Origin: Thermodesulfobacteriota bacterium
GTDB lineage: Bacteria; Desulfobacterota; Binatia; UBA9968; JAJDTQ01
DNA length: 64,000 nucleotides
NCBI GenBank assembly: GCA_965116735.1
Contig: OZ220712.1
Location: 2,369,680 to 2,433,679 of the forward strand
Reading direction: 5' to 3'
The notes below the pieces were generated by a model. It made no database searches. It was not told where the DNA came from and worked only from the letters and a program-made list of their open reading frames with translations. Made by a program: the position numbers and the translations under genes. This document shows, piece after piece, positions 27,049 to 36,833 of the stretch (position 1 is its first letter; every line of letters starts with the position of its first letter).

Positions 27049-28065
27049 ATGAAGTTCGGGCTACTGGTTGATTGTCACGTTCGCAAGGACCAGGGACAGA
27101 CTCTGGCCTTCGACGAAATGTTCGGACAGATCGACGCCGCCGAGGCCATGGGGATGGACTCCATCTGGATCGTGGAGCACCACTTTCGGCCCCAGGCTTC
27201 CGTCCTCTCTTCCTCCATGGCGGTGGCGGGCGCCATCGCCTCGCGCACGAAGCGCATCCGCATCGGCACCGCGGTGCAGGTGCTGCCGCTGGGCAACCCC
27301 CTGCGCATCGCCGAAGAGGTGGCCTCCATCGACCACATGAGCCACGGGCGGTTCGATTTCGGCGTCGGCCGGAGCAGCATCCCCAAGTTCTACGAAGGCT
27401 TCAACATCCCCTACTCGGAAAGCACGGCGCGTTTCACCGAGTCGTTCGAGATCGTCATGCGCGCCTTCACCCAGGACACCTTCTCCTTCGAGGGCGACTA
27501 CTACTCGTACCACGACGTCAGCATCTCGCCGCGGCCGTTGCAGAAGCCCTATCCGCCGATTTACATGGCCGTGCGCACCCCCGAAGGGTTCGCCGCCACC
27601 GCCCGGCGGGGATTCAACGTGGTGCTGTGGTTCATGGGCGACTATTACGAGGACCGCCTGCAGATCTACCGCGACGAGTGGCAGGCCGCGGGCCACGCCC
27701 AACCGCCCGATATCCACGTGCGCATCCCCATATTCATCGCCGAGTCGGAAGCGCAGGGGCGGGAAATACCGAGGGCCAGCGTGGTCCACGACCTCCACCG
27801 GGTCATCGCCGAAGCCACCGCCATGAAAGCGGCCGACCGCGTGGCCCAGGCCCAAAGGTACCTGGAAGACTACGACGAGTTCCTGGGCACCCGCGTCATC
27901 TTCGGCTCACCCGAATCGGTTATCGAGCGCATCGAGGAATTCCGCGAGCGCATGGGAATGACGGGACTCATCCTGGACATGAACCACGGCGGCCAGATCC
28001 CGCAGGAGCAGGTCATCAACTCCATCCGGCTGCTGACCGAGAAGGTGGCGCCAAGGCTCGCGTAG
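27049..28065 (+). CDS. LLM-class flavin-dependent oxidoreductase (luciferase-like monooxygenase)
   Basis: MKFGLLV...MGMDSIWIVEHHF...RIGTAVQVLPL matches luciferase-like monooxygenase family motifs. Confidence 0.85.
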   Translation: MKFGLLVDCHVRKDQGQTLAFDEMFGQIDAAEAMGMDSIWIVEHHFRPQASVLSSSMAVAGAIASRTKRIRIGTAVQVLPLGNPLRIAEEVASIDHMSHGRFDFGVGRSSIPKFYEGFNIPYSESTARFTESFEIVMRAFTQDTFSFEGDYYSYHDVSISPRPLQKPYPPIYMAVRTPEGFAATARRGFNVVLWFMGDYYEDRLQIYRDEWQAAGHAQPPDIHVRIPIFIAESEAQGREIPRASVVHDLHRVIAEATAMKAADRVAQAQRYLEDYDEFLGTRVIFGSPESVIERIEEFRERMGMTGLILDMNHGGQIPQEQVINSIRLLTEKVAPRLA

Positions 28066-28200
28066 ACGCTCGGCAAACCTTCCATCATTCCGGGGACTCG
28101 TTCCTTTTCGTGTCGTCCGCGCCGGCCGCGACAACCGTGTGGCGGAGATCGTCAGGAAGACGTTCCGCCCCAAACCCCCGGCGTGAGCATTCTCTTTCCC

Positions 28201-28998
28201 CTATGCGTCGTCGTCATCCGGTTCAGCGTCATACACGCAATCGAACAACTGGCCGTATCCTTCCACTTCCGAGTACACGTGCGCCAGCCCCAGACCGGCC
28301 CACATCATGGCCTGCATGCTGGTCACCACCGGGACGCCAAGGTCCAGCTCCAGGCTGTCGATGATGGCGACGCTGGGCATGAGGGCGCCGGTGATCCAGA
28401 TGCCGTCGGCGGAGGGGGTGGAGAGAAACAGGTCCTTGGCGGCGTGGTAGATCTCCGCCAGGGGCATGGTAGAGACGCCGTAGCGGCGTGACATGGCGGC
28501 CTCGTCGGAGGGCCACAGGGAGCGTGCCGCCACCACCTCGATGCCGGCATGCCCCACGTACTCCGCGAGCAGCCGGTGCATGACCTCGTCGAAGGGCGTC
28601 AGCATCACCACCCGGGTCATGCCCAAGGCCCCCATGGCGCGGATGCAGGCGCCGATGTCCGTGGCAAAGGGAATGGCGGTGTGGCCTGCCACCTCGGCCA
28701 GGAGCGTCTCCTCGAAGCCCCATCCACGGGTCACCACCAGCGGCACCCCGGCCTGGATGATCGAATCCACCCGCCGGTCCTCCAGCTCCTTCACCGCCGC
28801 GTCCATGCGGCTCACCGCATCGTCGTACTGCTGCTGGGTCAACTGGGTGACGTGGAGCGAGGTCATCACGATGGTGACCCCGTCGGGGGCCATGAGGTAA
28901 AACTCGTAGCCGTTGTTCTCGTGGCCGGGACTGGGAGTTACGAAACCGATGCGCGCGCGCCAGCCGTAAGTAGCGCCCATGGAGGCTTTCAGTGCCAT
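28201..28998 (-). CDS. Asp/Glu/hydantoin racemase-family enzyme (arylmalonate decarboxylase / maleate isomerase-like)
   Basis: RIGFVTPSPGHENNGYEFY...VVTSMQAMMW matches this family. SD CAGGAGA precedes the ATG at 28998. The 654-aa track ORF is a high-GC artefact extension. Confidence 0.75.
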   Translation of the reverse strand: MALKASMGATYGWRARIGFVTPSPGHENNGYEFYLMAPDGVTIVMTSLHVTQLTQQQYDDAVSRMDAAVKELEDRRVDSIIQAGVPLVVTRGWGFEETLLAEVAGHTAIPFATDIGACIRAMGALGMTRVVMLTPFDEVMHRLLAEYVGHAGIEVVAARSLWPSDEAAMSRRYGVSTMPLAEIYHAAKDLFLSTPSADGIWITGALMPSVAIIDSLELDLGVPVVTSMQAMMWAGLGLAHVYSEVEGYGQLFDCVYDAEPDDDDA

Positions 28999-29078
28999 GC
29001 GGGTCTCCTGGAAACCGCTCCCCGTTCGTCCTGAGCGTAGCGAAGCGAAGTCGAAGGACGCAAATCCACCGCGAAATC

Positions 29079-30200
29079 TTACAGTCCGTAGAGCCGCCTG
29101 GGGTTGGTGTCCAGGATGGCGTCCTTTGCGGCGTCCGAGATGTCCGTGCGCTCCCGCAGGATGCGCGCGGCGAAGCGTTCCCTGTCGCCGTGGGGCATGT
29201 CCGTCCCCATGACGATCTGCTCCTGTCCCACCAGATCCATCACCTGCGGCAGCAGCGAGTCCTCGATCTCGGCGCTGAAGAAGAGATTGCCCTTCTCCAC
29301 GTAGTCCATGGCCGGCAGCGCCTGATTCGGGACGCACTCGGGGAGGAACTTGAGCAGCAACTCTCCCTGGTTCTCGTAGCGGTGCTTGAGCCGGTCGAGC
29401 ATGAACGGCACCCACATGCACCCGGCCTCGAGGAACACCACCCGCATGTCCGGATGCCGGTCGAGGACGCCGCCGGCGATGAGCGAGGTGCATGCCATCA
29501 GCACCGGCATGTGGAAGGCGATGACACCGGACGGGTAGATGTGCGAGTAGAGGTTGTTCACCGACGGGCAGGACCAACCCACGTGGACGCCCAGCGCGAG
29601 GTTGTTTCCCTCCACCGCCTCGTAGAAAGGCAGCAGCGCGTCGTCGTCCAGCAGCCGGTCTCCGGCGGTTCCCAGCACCATGACGGACACGGCTCCCAGC
29701 TCCGCGGCCTCGTTTACCGAGCGCACGGCGCCGTCCACGTCGTCGAGATTCACCACCGCGGCCCACTTGATGCGGTCGTTGCCGCTCAACCGGTCGCCCA
29801 GCCAGCGGTTGTAGGAGTCGCACAGAGCCGTGGCCAGGGGAACGTTGTCGGTGAGCGGATAGGCGAGAAAGAGCGTCGTGTACACCACCTGCACGGCGAT
29901 CTCTTCCTCGTCCATGATCGCCAGCCGCTCGGGTATGTTGGTGAGCTCCTGGCTGCCGACGCTGTCCACCTTGCCCACCGAGTGCTTCGCGAGCTCGCCG
30001 TTGATAGTCAGCGGCGTTCCGAGGTTGTTGCAGCCCCGGCCCACCCGGCGCGGGAAGAGCTGTTCGTCGATCATCCAGTAGGCCATGCCGTCCACCCCTA
30101 CCACCCGGGGCCGCTGCCCGCGGAAATTGGGGTCCAGGTACTTGTCGTCGAAAGTCTCCAGGCACTCTTCCACGTGGCCGTCAGCGTCTACACAGTCCAT
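29079..30200 (-). CDS. Amidohydrolase-2 family metal-dependent hydrolase/decarboxylase (ACMSD/LigW-like)
   Basis: N-terminal DCVDADGHV and a TIM-barrel amidohydrolase_2 body, with the C-terminal HGDRERFAARILRERTDISDAAKDAILDTNPRRLYGL typical of the family. Confidence 0.85.
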   Translation of the reverse strand: MDCVDADGHVEECLETFDDKYLDPNFRGQRPRVVGVDGMAYWMIDEQLFPRRVGRGCNNLGTPLTINGELAKHSVGKVDSVGSQELTNIPERLAIMDEEEIAVQVVYTTLFLAYPLTDNVPLATALCDSYNRWLGDRLSGNDRIKWAAVVNLDDVDGAVRSVNEAAELGAVSVMVLGTAGDRLLDDDALLPFYEAVEGNNLALGVHVGWSCPSVNNLYSHIYPSGVIAFHMPVLMACTSLIAGGVLDRHPDMRVVFLEAGCMWVPFMLDRLKHRYENQGELLLKFLPECVPNQALPAMDYVEKGNLFFSAEIEDSLLPQVMDLVGQEQIVMGTDMPHGDRERFAARILRERTDISDAAKDAILDTNPRRLYGL

Positions 30201-30332
30201 TTCTCACCTCCGTCGATTCAGGGTAACATTGCCCGGGTGTCCCGTCTCCGAGCACGGGACACCCACCAACATTGAAGGCACCATGGTAAGTTGTCAAGCA
30301 TCCTGGTGGCGGACGAATACGGAGCCCTTCCC

Positions 30333-31682
30333 ATGAGCACACCCGAGACGGAAGTAACCAAGCGACTGGCGGAGTGGGTCTGTGAGTCGGATTTCGACGC
30401 CGTCCCCGATGCCGTGCGCGACGAAGCCGCGCGCACGCTGCTCAACTGGATGGGTTGCGCCGTCGGCGGATCGCGCCACGAATCCGTGGATATCGCGCTG
30501 AGGGCGCTGGGGCCGTTCATGGGGCAGCCGCAGGCGTCGGTGCTGGGCCGTGCGGAGAAGGTGGACGTGCTGCACGCTGCCCTGCTCAACGGCATCAGCT
30601 CCCACGTGTTCGACTTCGACGATACCCACCTACAGACCATCATTCATCCCGCCGGGCCGGTGGCGTCAGCGCTGATGCCGCTGGCCGAGCACCGGCCGGT
30701 GTCGGGCCGGGACTTCCTCCACGCCCTGATCCTCGGGGTCGAGGTGGAGTGCCGCATCGGCAACGCCGTCTACCCGGATCACTACGACGTGGGCTGGCAC
30801 ATCACCGGCACGGCCGGGGTGTTCGGCGCCGCTGCCGCCGCCGGACGCCTGCTGGGACTAGACGTCCAGCGCATGTGCTGGGCCCTGGCCGGCGCCGCCA
30901 CCCAGGCCGCGGGCCTGCGAGAGATGTTCGGCACCATGTTGAAGCCCTTCCTCATCGGGCGGGCAGCCCAGAACGGTCTGGCCGCCGCCCTGCTGGCCGC
31001 CGAGGGGCTGACCGGCTCCGAGCAGGCCCTCGAGGCCCCCCGCGGGTTCGCCCGGGTGCTGTCCGCGAAACAGGACTACGCCGCCATCTGCGACGGCCTC
31101 GGCGAAAGCTACGAGATCCTGCTCAACACCTACAAGCCCTACCCCTGCGGCGTCGTGATCCACCCGAGCCTCGACGGCTGCATCAGCCTGAAGCGACAAT
31201 ACGGACTCACCGGCGACGACATCGAGTCCGTGGACCTGCGGGTCCACCCGTTGGTGCTGGAGCTGACCGGGAACAAGACGCCGCGCACCGGCCTCCAGGG
31301 CAAGTTCAGCGTGTACCACGCGGTGGGCGCCGCCCTCGTGCTCGGACGGGTGGGCGTAGCCGAGTTCACCGACGAAGTCGTCCGGGACTCACGGGTCACG
31401 GCCGTTCGGGACCGGGTCTCCGCGGTGGTGGACGGGAATATCCGGGAAGCCGGCGCCGTGGTTACGATACGGCTGAAGGACGGACGCACCGTCGAGGAGG
31501 TCGTGGAGCAGGCCTCCGGCAGCCTGGAGTGTCCGCTGTCCGACGAACAGATGGACACGAAGGTCCACGCCCTCGCCGATCCGATGCTGGGGGAGGCTTC
31601 CACCCAAGAGATGATTCGCGGTTGCCGGGAAGTTGCGGCGCTGAAGGATGCCGGCGCCCTTGCCCGCGCGGCCACGCCCTAG
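30333..31682 (+). CDS. MmgE/PrpD family protein (2-methylcitrate dehydratase / cis-aconitate decarboxylase-like)
   Basis: Two-domain MmgE/PrpD fold motifs. An alternative TTG start lies at 30291. Confidence 0.85.
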   Translation: MSTPETEVTKRLAEWVCESDFDAVPDAVRDEAARTLLNWMGCAVGGSRHESVDIALRALGPFMGQPQASVLGRAEKVDVLHAALLNGISSHVFDFDDTHLQTIIHPAGPVASALMPLAEHRPVSGRDFLHALILGVEVECRIGNAVYPDHYDVGWHITGTAGVFGAAAAAGRLLGLDVQRMCWALAGAATQAAGLREMFGTMLKPFLIGRAAQNGLAAALLAAEGLTGSEQALEAPRGFARVLSAKQDYAAICDGLGESYEILLNTYKPYPCGVVIHPSLDGCISLKRQYGLTGDDIESVDLRVHPLVLELTGNKTPRTGLQGKFSVYHAVGAALVLGRVGVAEFTDEVVRDSRVTAVRDRVSAVVDGNIREAGAVVTIRLKDGRTVEEVVEQASGSLECPLSDEQMDTKVHALADPMLGEASTQEMIRGCREVAALKDAGALARAATP

Positions 31683-31688
31683 AGTAGT

Positions 31689-31797
31689 CCCTCTCCCTCT
31701 GGGAGAGGGTGGCCGGAGGCCGGGTGAGGGCGCTCGCATCAAGGCCCGCCGGTCGGACGGGACGCCCTCACCCCGGCCCTCTCCCAAAGGGAGAGGG
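31689..31797. repeat. Composite palindromic intergenic element: hairpin A, long hairpin B, hairpin A'
   Basis: CCCTCTCCC-tct-GGGAGAGGG at 31689-31709. GGGTGAGGGCG...CGCCCTCACCC at 31722-31773, an 11-bp stem. CCCTCTCCC-aaa-GGGAGAGGG at 31777-31797. It begins 6 nt after the MmgE/PrpD stop and has no U-tract. Confidence 0.5.
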
Positions 31798-31838
31798 AGT
31801 GGGCGGGGTTGGAGCACCGTGCCACTTGGGGAGAAAAA

Positions 31839-33350
31839 ATGTCCGATCACTACGACGTCATCATCATCGGCGGCGGCTCGGGCGGCTGCGTCGCCGCCGC
31901 CCGGCTCAGCGAAGACCCGCGCCGCAGGGTGCTGCTGCTGGAAGCCGCGCCGGACCCGCAACCGATACCGGAACCCATCCGGCTGGCCAGCCTCCGCGAC
32001 CGGGTCTGGCTCGAGACACCCTACGTCGACATGGTCCCGGTCGTGCGGCCCATCGACGGCAGCCCGTTCCGCTCCCTGGCGGGAAAGATCATGGGCGGGG
32101 GCTCGTCGGTCAACGCCATGGCCTGGGTATGGCCGACCCGGCATGACATGGACCGCTGGGTGGCGGCGGGGAATCCCGACTGGTCCTGGGACACGGTCCA
32201 CAAAGTCCTGAAGCGCATCGAGGCGGACCAGGACTTCCCCGACGATCCGGACCACGGCCACGCCGGACCGGTCTACGTCAAGCGTCCCTTCAGCCTTGAT
32301 TCGGACCTGTCACCGGTGGTGCGGGCGTGTATCGACGGCGCCGTCGAATTGGGCCTCCCGCGTCTCCCCGACACCAACATCTCCGACCCCGTGGGCGTGG
32401 GACCGGGGGCCTGCAACATCAAGGACGGCGTGCGCCAGTCCGCGGTGGTGAGCCATCTCGAACCGGCACGCGAGCGCCCGAACCTCACCGTCAAGGCCGA
32501 GGCGCCGGTGCTGGGGCTGACCCTGTCGGGCAGCCGCGTGGACGGCGTGCGCTACGAGAAGGACGGCCGCATCCACACGGACACCGCGGGCCAGGTGGTT
32601 CTGGCCGCGGGCGCGTACCGCACACCCCAGGTCCTCATGTTGTCGGGCATCGGCCCGGCCGCGGAGCTGGAACGGATGGGCATCGAGGTGACCCACGGGC
32701 TGGAGGGCGTCGGAGGAAACTTCCAGGACCACGCCGTCATCCACGTGACCTTCGAGGCCGCCCAGGACTTCGAGGTGGAGTGGACCATGTCGAGGCTTCG
32801 TCTCATGACACGGACTTCCCCGAGCGTGGATCACGGCGACTTCAGCGCTTCGCTGCGGCCGCCCACCCGGATCGAGGGCGTGGGCACCCTCCTGCCCTTG
32901 TCCGTTCAACTGCTCGAGCAAGGGGCGTCGGGACGGATCCGCCTCCCCAGCCTGGATGCCAGGGATTTCCCCGTCGTGGAGACAGGACTGCTGGAAGACC
33001 CGAAGGACGTGGAGAAGATGGTGGCGGCCATGGAGTTCCTCCGGGACCTCGCCCGGACCGCGCCGATGCGCGAGTTCTGCGGCGCGGTGCGCAACCCGGC
33101 GCCCGACGAGGACTGGGCGGCCTTCGCCCGCTCCACCTACGACAGCTACCACCACGCCTCCGGCACCTGCAGGATGGGGCCGGCGGAAGACCCCGCCTCC
33201 GTGGTGGACCAGCGCCTGCGCGTCCACGGACTCGACAACCTGTGGGTGGCCGACGCCTCGATCATGCCCGAGGTAACCCGCGCCAACACCAACGCCACGG
33301 TCTACGTCATCGCCGAACGGCTAGCGGAGTTCCTGAGCAGCGCGGCGTGA
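31839..33350 (+). CDS. GMC-family FAD oxidoreductase (choline dehydrogenase-like)
   Basis: N-terminal YDVIIIGGGSGGCVAAARLSED FAD motif and a C-terminal GMC signature (HASGTCRMGP). Confidence 0.9.
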   Translation: MSDHYDVIIIGGGSGGCVAAARLSEDPRRRVLLLEAAPDPQPIPEPIRLASLRDRVWLETPYVDMVPVVRPIDGSPFRSLAGKIMGGGSSVNAMAWVWPTRHDMDRWVAAGNPDWSWDTVHKVLKRIEADQDFPDDPDHGHAGPVYVKRPFSLDSDLSPVVRACIDGAVELGLPRLPDTNISDPVGVGPGACNIKDGVRQSAVVSHLEPARERPNLTVKAEAPVLGLTLSGSRVDGVRYEKDGRIHTDTAGQVVLAAGAYRTPQVLMLSGIGPAAELERMGIEVTHGLEGVGGNFQDHAVIHVTFEAAQDFEVEWTMSRLRLMTRTSPSVDHGDFSASLRPPTRIEGVGTLLPLSVQLLEQGASGRIRLPSLDARDFPVVETGLLEDPKDVEKMVAAMEFLRDLARTAPMREFCGAVRNPAPDEDWAAFARSTYDSYHHASGTCRMGPAEDPASVVDQRLRVHGLDNLWVADASIMPEVTRANTNATVYVIAERLAEFLSSAA

Positions 33351-33363
33351 GAAGGAGTAACTC

Positions 33364-34875
33364 ATGTCTGATCACTACGACGTCATCATCATCGGCGGCG
33401 GCTCCGGGGGCTGCGTGGCCGCGGCGCGGCTCAGCGAGGACCCACGCCGCAAGGTGCTGCTGCTGGAAGCCGCCACGGATCCGCGGCCGGCGCCAGACAC
33501 CGTCCGGCTGGCCAGCGGCCGGGACCGGCTCTGGTTCGAGAGTCCCTACATCGACACGTTGCCCGTCGCGCGGCCCATCGACGGGAGCCTTTTCTATCCC
33601 ATGGCCGGGAAGATCATGGGCGGGGGCTCGTCCGTCAACGCCATGGGCTGGGTGTGGCCGCTCCGCCACGACATGGAGCGGTGGGTGGCGGCGGGCAATC
33701 CCGACTGGTCCTGGGAAACGGTCCATGAAGTGCTGAAACGCATCGAGGCGGACCAGGACTTTCCCGACGACCCCGACCACGGCCACGCCGGACCGGTCTA
33801 CGTCAAGCGCCCTTTCGGCCTGGACTCGGACCTCGCCCCGGTGGTCCGGGCCTATATCGACGGCGCCGCCGAGTTGGGCATCCCGCGCCTGCCCGACACC
33901 AACCTCCCCGATCCCGTGGGCGTGGGCCCCGGGGTCTGCAACATCAAGGACGACGTGCGCCAATCCGCGGTGGTGAGCCATCTCGATCCCGCGCGGGAAC
34001 GTCCCAACCTCACCATCAAGACGGAAGCGCCGGTGCTCGGCCTGACCCTGTCGGGCAGCCGCGTCGACGCGGTGCGCTACGAGAAGGACGGCCAAGTCCA
34101 CACGGACACGGCCGGCCAGGTGGTGCTGGCGGCGGGCGCCTACCGCAGCCCGCAGCTCCTGCTCTTGTCGGGCATCGGACCGGCCGCGGAACTGGAGGCG
34201 TTCGGCATCGAGGTCACCCATGCCATGGACGGCGTGGGGAAAAACTTCCAGGACCACGCCTCCATCCACATGACCTTCGCGGCCGCCAGGGAGTTCGAGG
34301 TGGACTGGACCCTGCCGAGGCTGCGGCTCATGGCCCGGAGCTCCGCCGGCCTGGACCACGGCGACTTCAGCGTCACCCTGCGCCCGCCCACGAAGATCCA
34401 GGACCTCGGCTCCCTGCTCCCCCTCTCCGCCCAACTGCTGGAGCAGGAGGCGCACGGGCGGATCCGCCTCAAAAGCGCCGACCCCAAGGACTTCCCGGCC
34501 GTCGAAACCGGGCTGCTGGAGCACCCCGCGGACGTGAAGAAGATGGTCGCCGCCATGGAGTTCATCCGCGACCTGACCCGGACCTCACCCATGCGGGAGT
34601 TCTACGGCGAGCTGCGCAACCCGGCGCCGGACGAGGACTGGGCGACCTGGGCCCGCTCGACCTACGACAGCTACCAACACGCCAGCGGCACCTGCAAGAT
34701 GGGGCCTGCCGACGACCCCGACGCGGTGGTGGACCAGCGGCTGCGGGTCCACGGACTGGACAACCTGTGGGTGGCCGACGCCTCGGTGATGCCCGAGGTA
34801 GTGCGCGCCAATACCAACTCCACGGTGTACGTCATCGGAGAACGGTTGGCGGAGTTCCTGAGCAGCGCGGCGTAG
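33364..34875 (+). CDS. GMC-family FAD oxidoreductase, tandem paralog
   Basis: About 85% identical to the preceding gene over its full length. Confidence 0.9.
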   Translation: MSDHYDVIIIGGGSGGCVAAARLSEDPRRKVLLLEAATDPRPAPDTVRLASGRDRLWFESPYIDTLPVARPIDGSLFYPMAGKIMGGGSSVNAMGWVWPLRHDMERWVAAGNPDWSWETVHEVLKRIEADQDFPDDPDHGHAGPVYVKRPFGLDSDLAPVVRAYIDGAAELGIPRLPDTNLPDPVGVGPGVCNIKDDVRQSAVVSHLDPARERPNLTIKTEAPVLGLTLSGSRVDAVRYEKDGQVHTDTAGQVVLAAGAYRSPQLLLLSGIGPAAELEAFGIEVTHAMDGVGKNFQDHASIHMTFAAAREFEVDWTLPRLRLMARSSAGLDHGDFSVTLRPPTKIQDLGSLLPLSAQLLEQEAHGRIRLKSADPKDFPAVETGLLEHPADVKKMVAAMEFIRDLTRTSPMREFYGELRNPAPDEDWATWARSTYDSYQHASGTCKMGPADDPDAVVDQRLRVHGLDNLWVADASVMPEVVRANTNSTVYVIGERLAEFLSSAA

Positions 34876-34946
34876 GAGCCAACGCGGGCCGTAGGGCGAC
34901 CGGCCGGTCGCCCTACCACTAGTGCTGGACGGCGACGCCCTTCGAC

Positions 34947-35762
34947 TTACGCCTCGGTGAGATCCAGCAGGACCCCGTCTGGGTCCGCCATGGCGTACTG
35001 GCCGATGACGCAGCCTTCGAGGTCGGCGCGGGTCATGGGGCCGAAACGGCCCGCGTCCAGGTTGGCGGGGGCCGATTCGGGGGCCGACTCGCTCAGCTCC
35101 TCTATTTCCTTGCGGGTGCGCTCCAGGTCTTCCACGGCGAAACCGATGTGGTCGAGTCCCTCGCGCATGCCGCGGTAGAGGGAGTTGTCGCAGGGGCGTA
35201 CCAGCAGTTGCACCTTGCCGTCGGTGACGCGGAAGCTGCCGTCGGGGCCCGGCGCCTCGCCGGCATCGAGCTCGAACACCTTGTGGTAGAACTCCGCCAC
35301 CCGTTCGGGCTGCTTCGAACGGATCGAGATGTGGCTGATCTGCCGCGGCTGGTCCCAGCCGTCCTCCAGGTAGCCCTCTCGTACCTTGGCCACGCCCTTC
35401 TGCGAGATGTCGTACTGGGTGCCGCAGGGGTCGGTGCCTCGGGAGACGGAAAACGGCACGTGGGGTAGGCTCTTGGCCACCAGCAACTCCGGATAGTCGT
35501 TGCGCATGCGCTCCAGCACCAGCGGGATCTCCTCCACCTCGAAGCCGAAGTGGTCCAGCCCGGACTGGTTTCCGGGATGCTTCTGCAGCATGGCGAAGCC
35601 GATGACGCCGTCGCTGATGTGGCCGCGGTTGGGGTTGTAGTTGCCCTTCTCGTCGGTCATGCCGGTGGTGATCTTCTTCATGCCGAAGATGGTCTGGTAA
35701 AACCGGGCCATACGGTCCCAGTTCTCCGTGTTGAGGGCGATGTGCCGGATACGCGTCTTCAT
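34947..35762 (-). CDS. Two-domain VOC-family protein (glyoxalase / extradiol dioxygenase-like)
   Basis: MKTRIRHIALNTENWDRMARFY and a second VOC repeat (HISIRSKQPERVAEFY). GGGAGG SD. The 1033-aa track ORF upstream of this start overlaps plus-strand genes and is rejected. Confidence 0.8.
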   Translation of the reverse strand: MKTRIRHIALNTENWDRMARFYQTIFGMKKITTGMTDEKGNYNPNRGHISDGVIGFAMLQKHPGNQSGLDHFGFEVEEIPLVLERMRNDYPELLVAKSLPHVPFSVSRGTDPCGTQYDISQKGVAKVREGYLEDGWDQPRQISHISIRSKQPERVAEFYHKVFELDAGEAPGPDGSFRVTDGKVQLLVRPCDNSLYRGMREGLDHIGFAVEDLERTRKEIEELSESAPESAPANLDAGRFGPMTRADLEGCVIGQYAMADPDGVLLDLTEA

Positions 35763-35924
35763 GGTCGACCTCCCGCCCCAGTCGTACAAGCCCCTGGGGA
35801 TGCCATCCGGATCGAACATTTCGGCGCGGGTGTCAAGCCCGGCGCACCGAGCCCGACTCCCCTGTCCCACTCCTCGCCCGTTGTGGTATAAGGCAACGAT
35901 TCCAACGCGGAGGACTTCAAACGC

Positions 35925-36812
35925 ATGAAATTCTGTACCTACGACGACAGGCAGGCGGGGGTGGTGGTGGACGGCAAGGTCTATCCCGTGGGCGCCGCCA
36001 TGGTGGCGGCCGGGATACTGAACGACGGCTACACCATGGTCCAGGTCATCGAGGCGATGACCGGCAACCCGGACGCCGCAGGCTGTGTCGACGAATGCGT
36101 CGGGGCGGGCAATGCGACGCCGCTGGACCAGGTGACCCTGCGCGCGCCCATCGACAACCCGACCTCGCTGTGGGCGGCGGCGGCCAACTACATGGACCAC
36201 CGGAAGGAGATGGAGACGCGCATGGGCGGCGGCCACCAGGAGCTGCCGGACAAGGACGACCACATGTCGCAGGACTTCCTGAAGCCGGTGTCTTCCATCA
36301 TCGGACCCGGCGGCACCGTGATCATCCCCAAGGTCTCCCACGACGTGGACTTCGAGTGCGAGCTGTGCGTGGTCATCGGCAAGACCGCGCGCAAGGTCAC
36401 CGAGGACGAGGCCCTGGACTACGTCTTCGGCTACACCATCTGCTGGGACATCAGCCAGCGGGATCCCTGGGGGCGCGGCAAACAGAATACCCGCAACATT
36501 CGCAAGGGCTTCGACACCTTCAGCCCCCTGGGGCCCTGGATCGTCACCCGGGACGAGATCCCGGAGCCCCAGGACCTCTCCCTCAGCGCTTGGCACAACG
36601 GCGAGCAGGTCATGACCTCTCACACCAGCGACATGATCTGCGGCGTCCGGGACCACATCCGCTTCCTGTCGAGCGTGGTGACCCTCAGACCCGGTGATCT
36701 CATCACCACCGGAACGCCGGCTGGGGTCCACACCCTGCTGGACGGCGACAAGCTGAGGGGAGAGATCGAAAAGATCGGCGTGATGGAGTTGAACGTCAAG
36801 GCGGAAGCCTGA
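35925..36812 (+). CDS. Fumarylacetoacetate hydrolase (FAH) family protein
   Basis: C-terminal FAH-fold motifs (LCVVIGK, GDLITTGTPAGV). Confidence 0.85.
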   Translation: MKFCTYDDRQAGVVVDGKVYPVGAAMVAAGILNDGYTMVQVIEAMTGNPDAAGCVDECVGAGNATPLDQVTLRAPIDNPTSLWAAAANYMDHRKEMETRMGGGHQELPDKDDHMSQDFLKPVSSIIGPGGTVIIPKVSHDVDFECELCVVIGKTARKVTEDEALDYVFGYTICWDISQRDPWGRGKQNTRNIRKGFDTFSPLGPWIVTRDEIPEPQDLSLSAWHNGEQVMTSHTSDMICGVRDHIRFLSSVVTLRPGDLITTGTPAGVHTLLDGDKLRGEIEKIGVMELNVKAEA

Positions 36813-36833
36813 GGACGACAGAAGGAGGGTTCC

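Noticed and set aside
28201-30165. 654-aa minus-strand ORF
   Set aside because: Only 28201..28998 is a real racemase-family gene. The upstream extension is Arg/Gly-rich and overlaps the amidohydrolase-2 gene in another frame.
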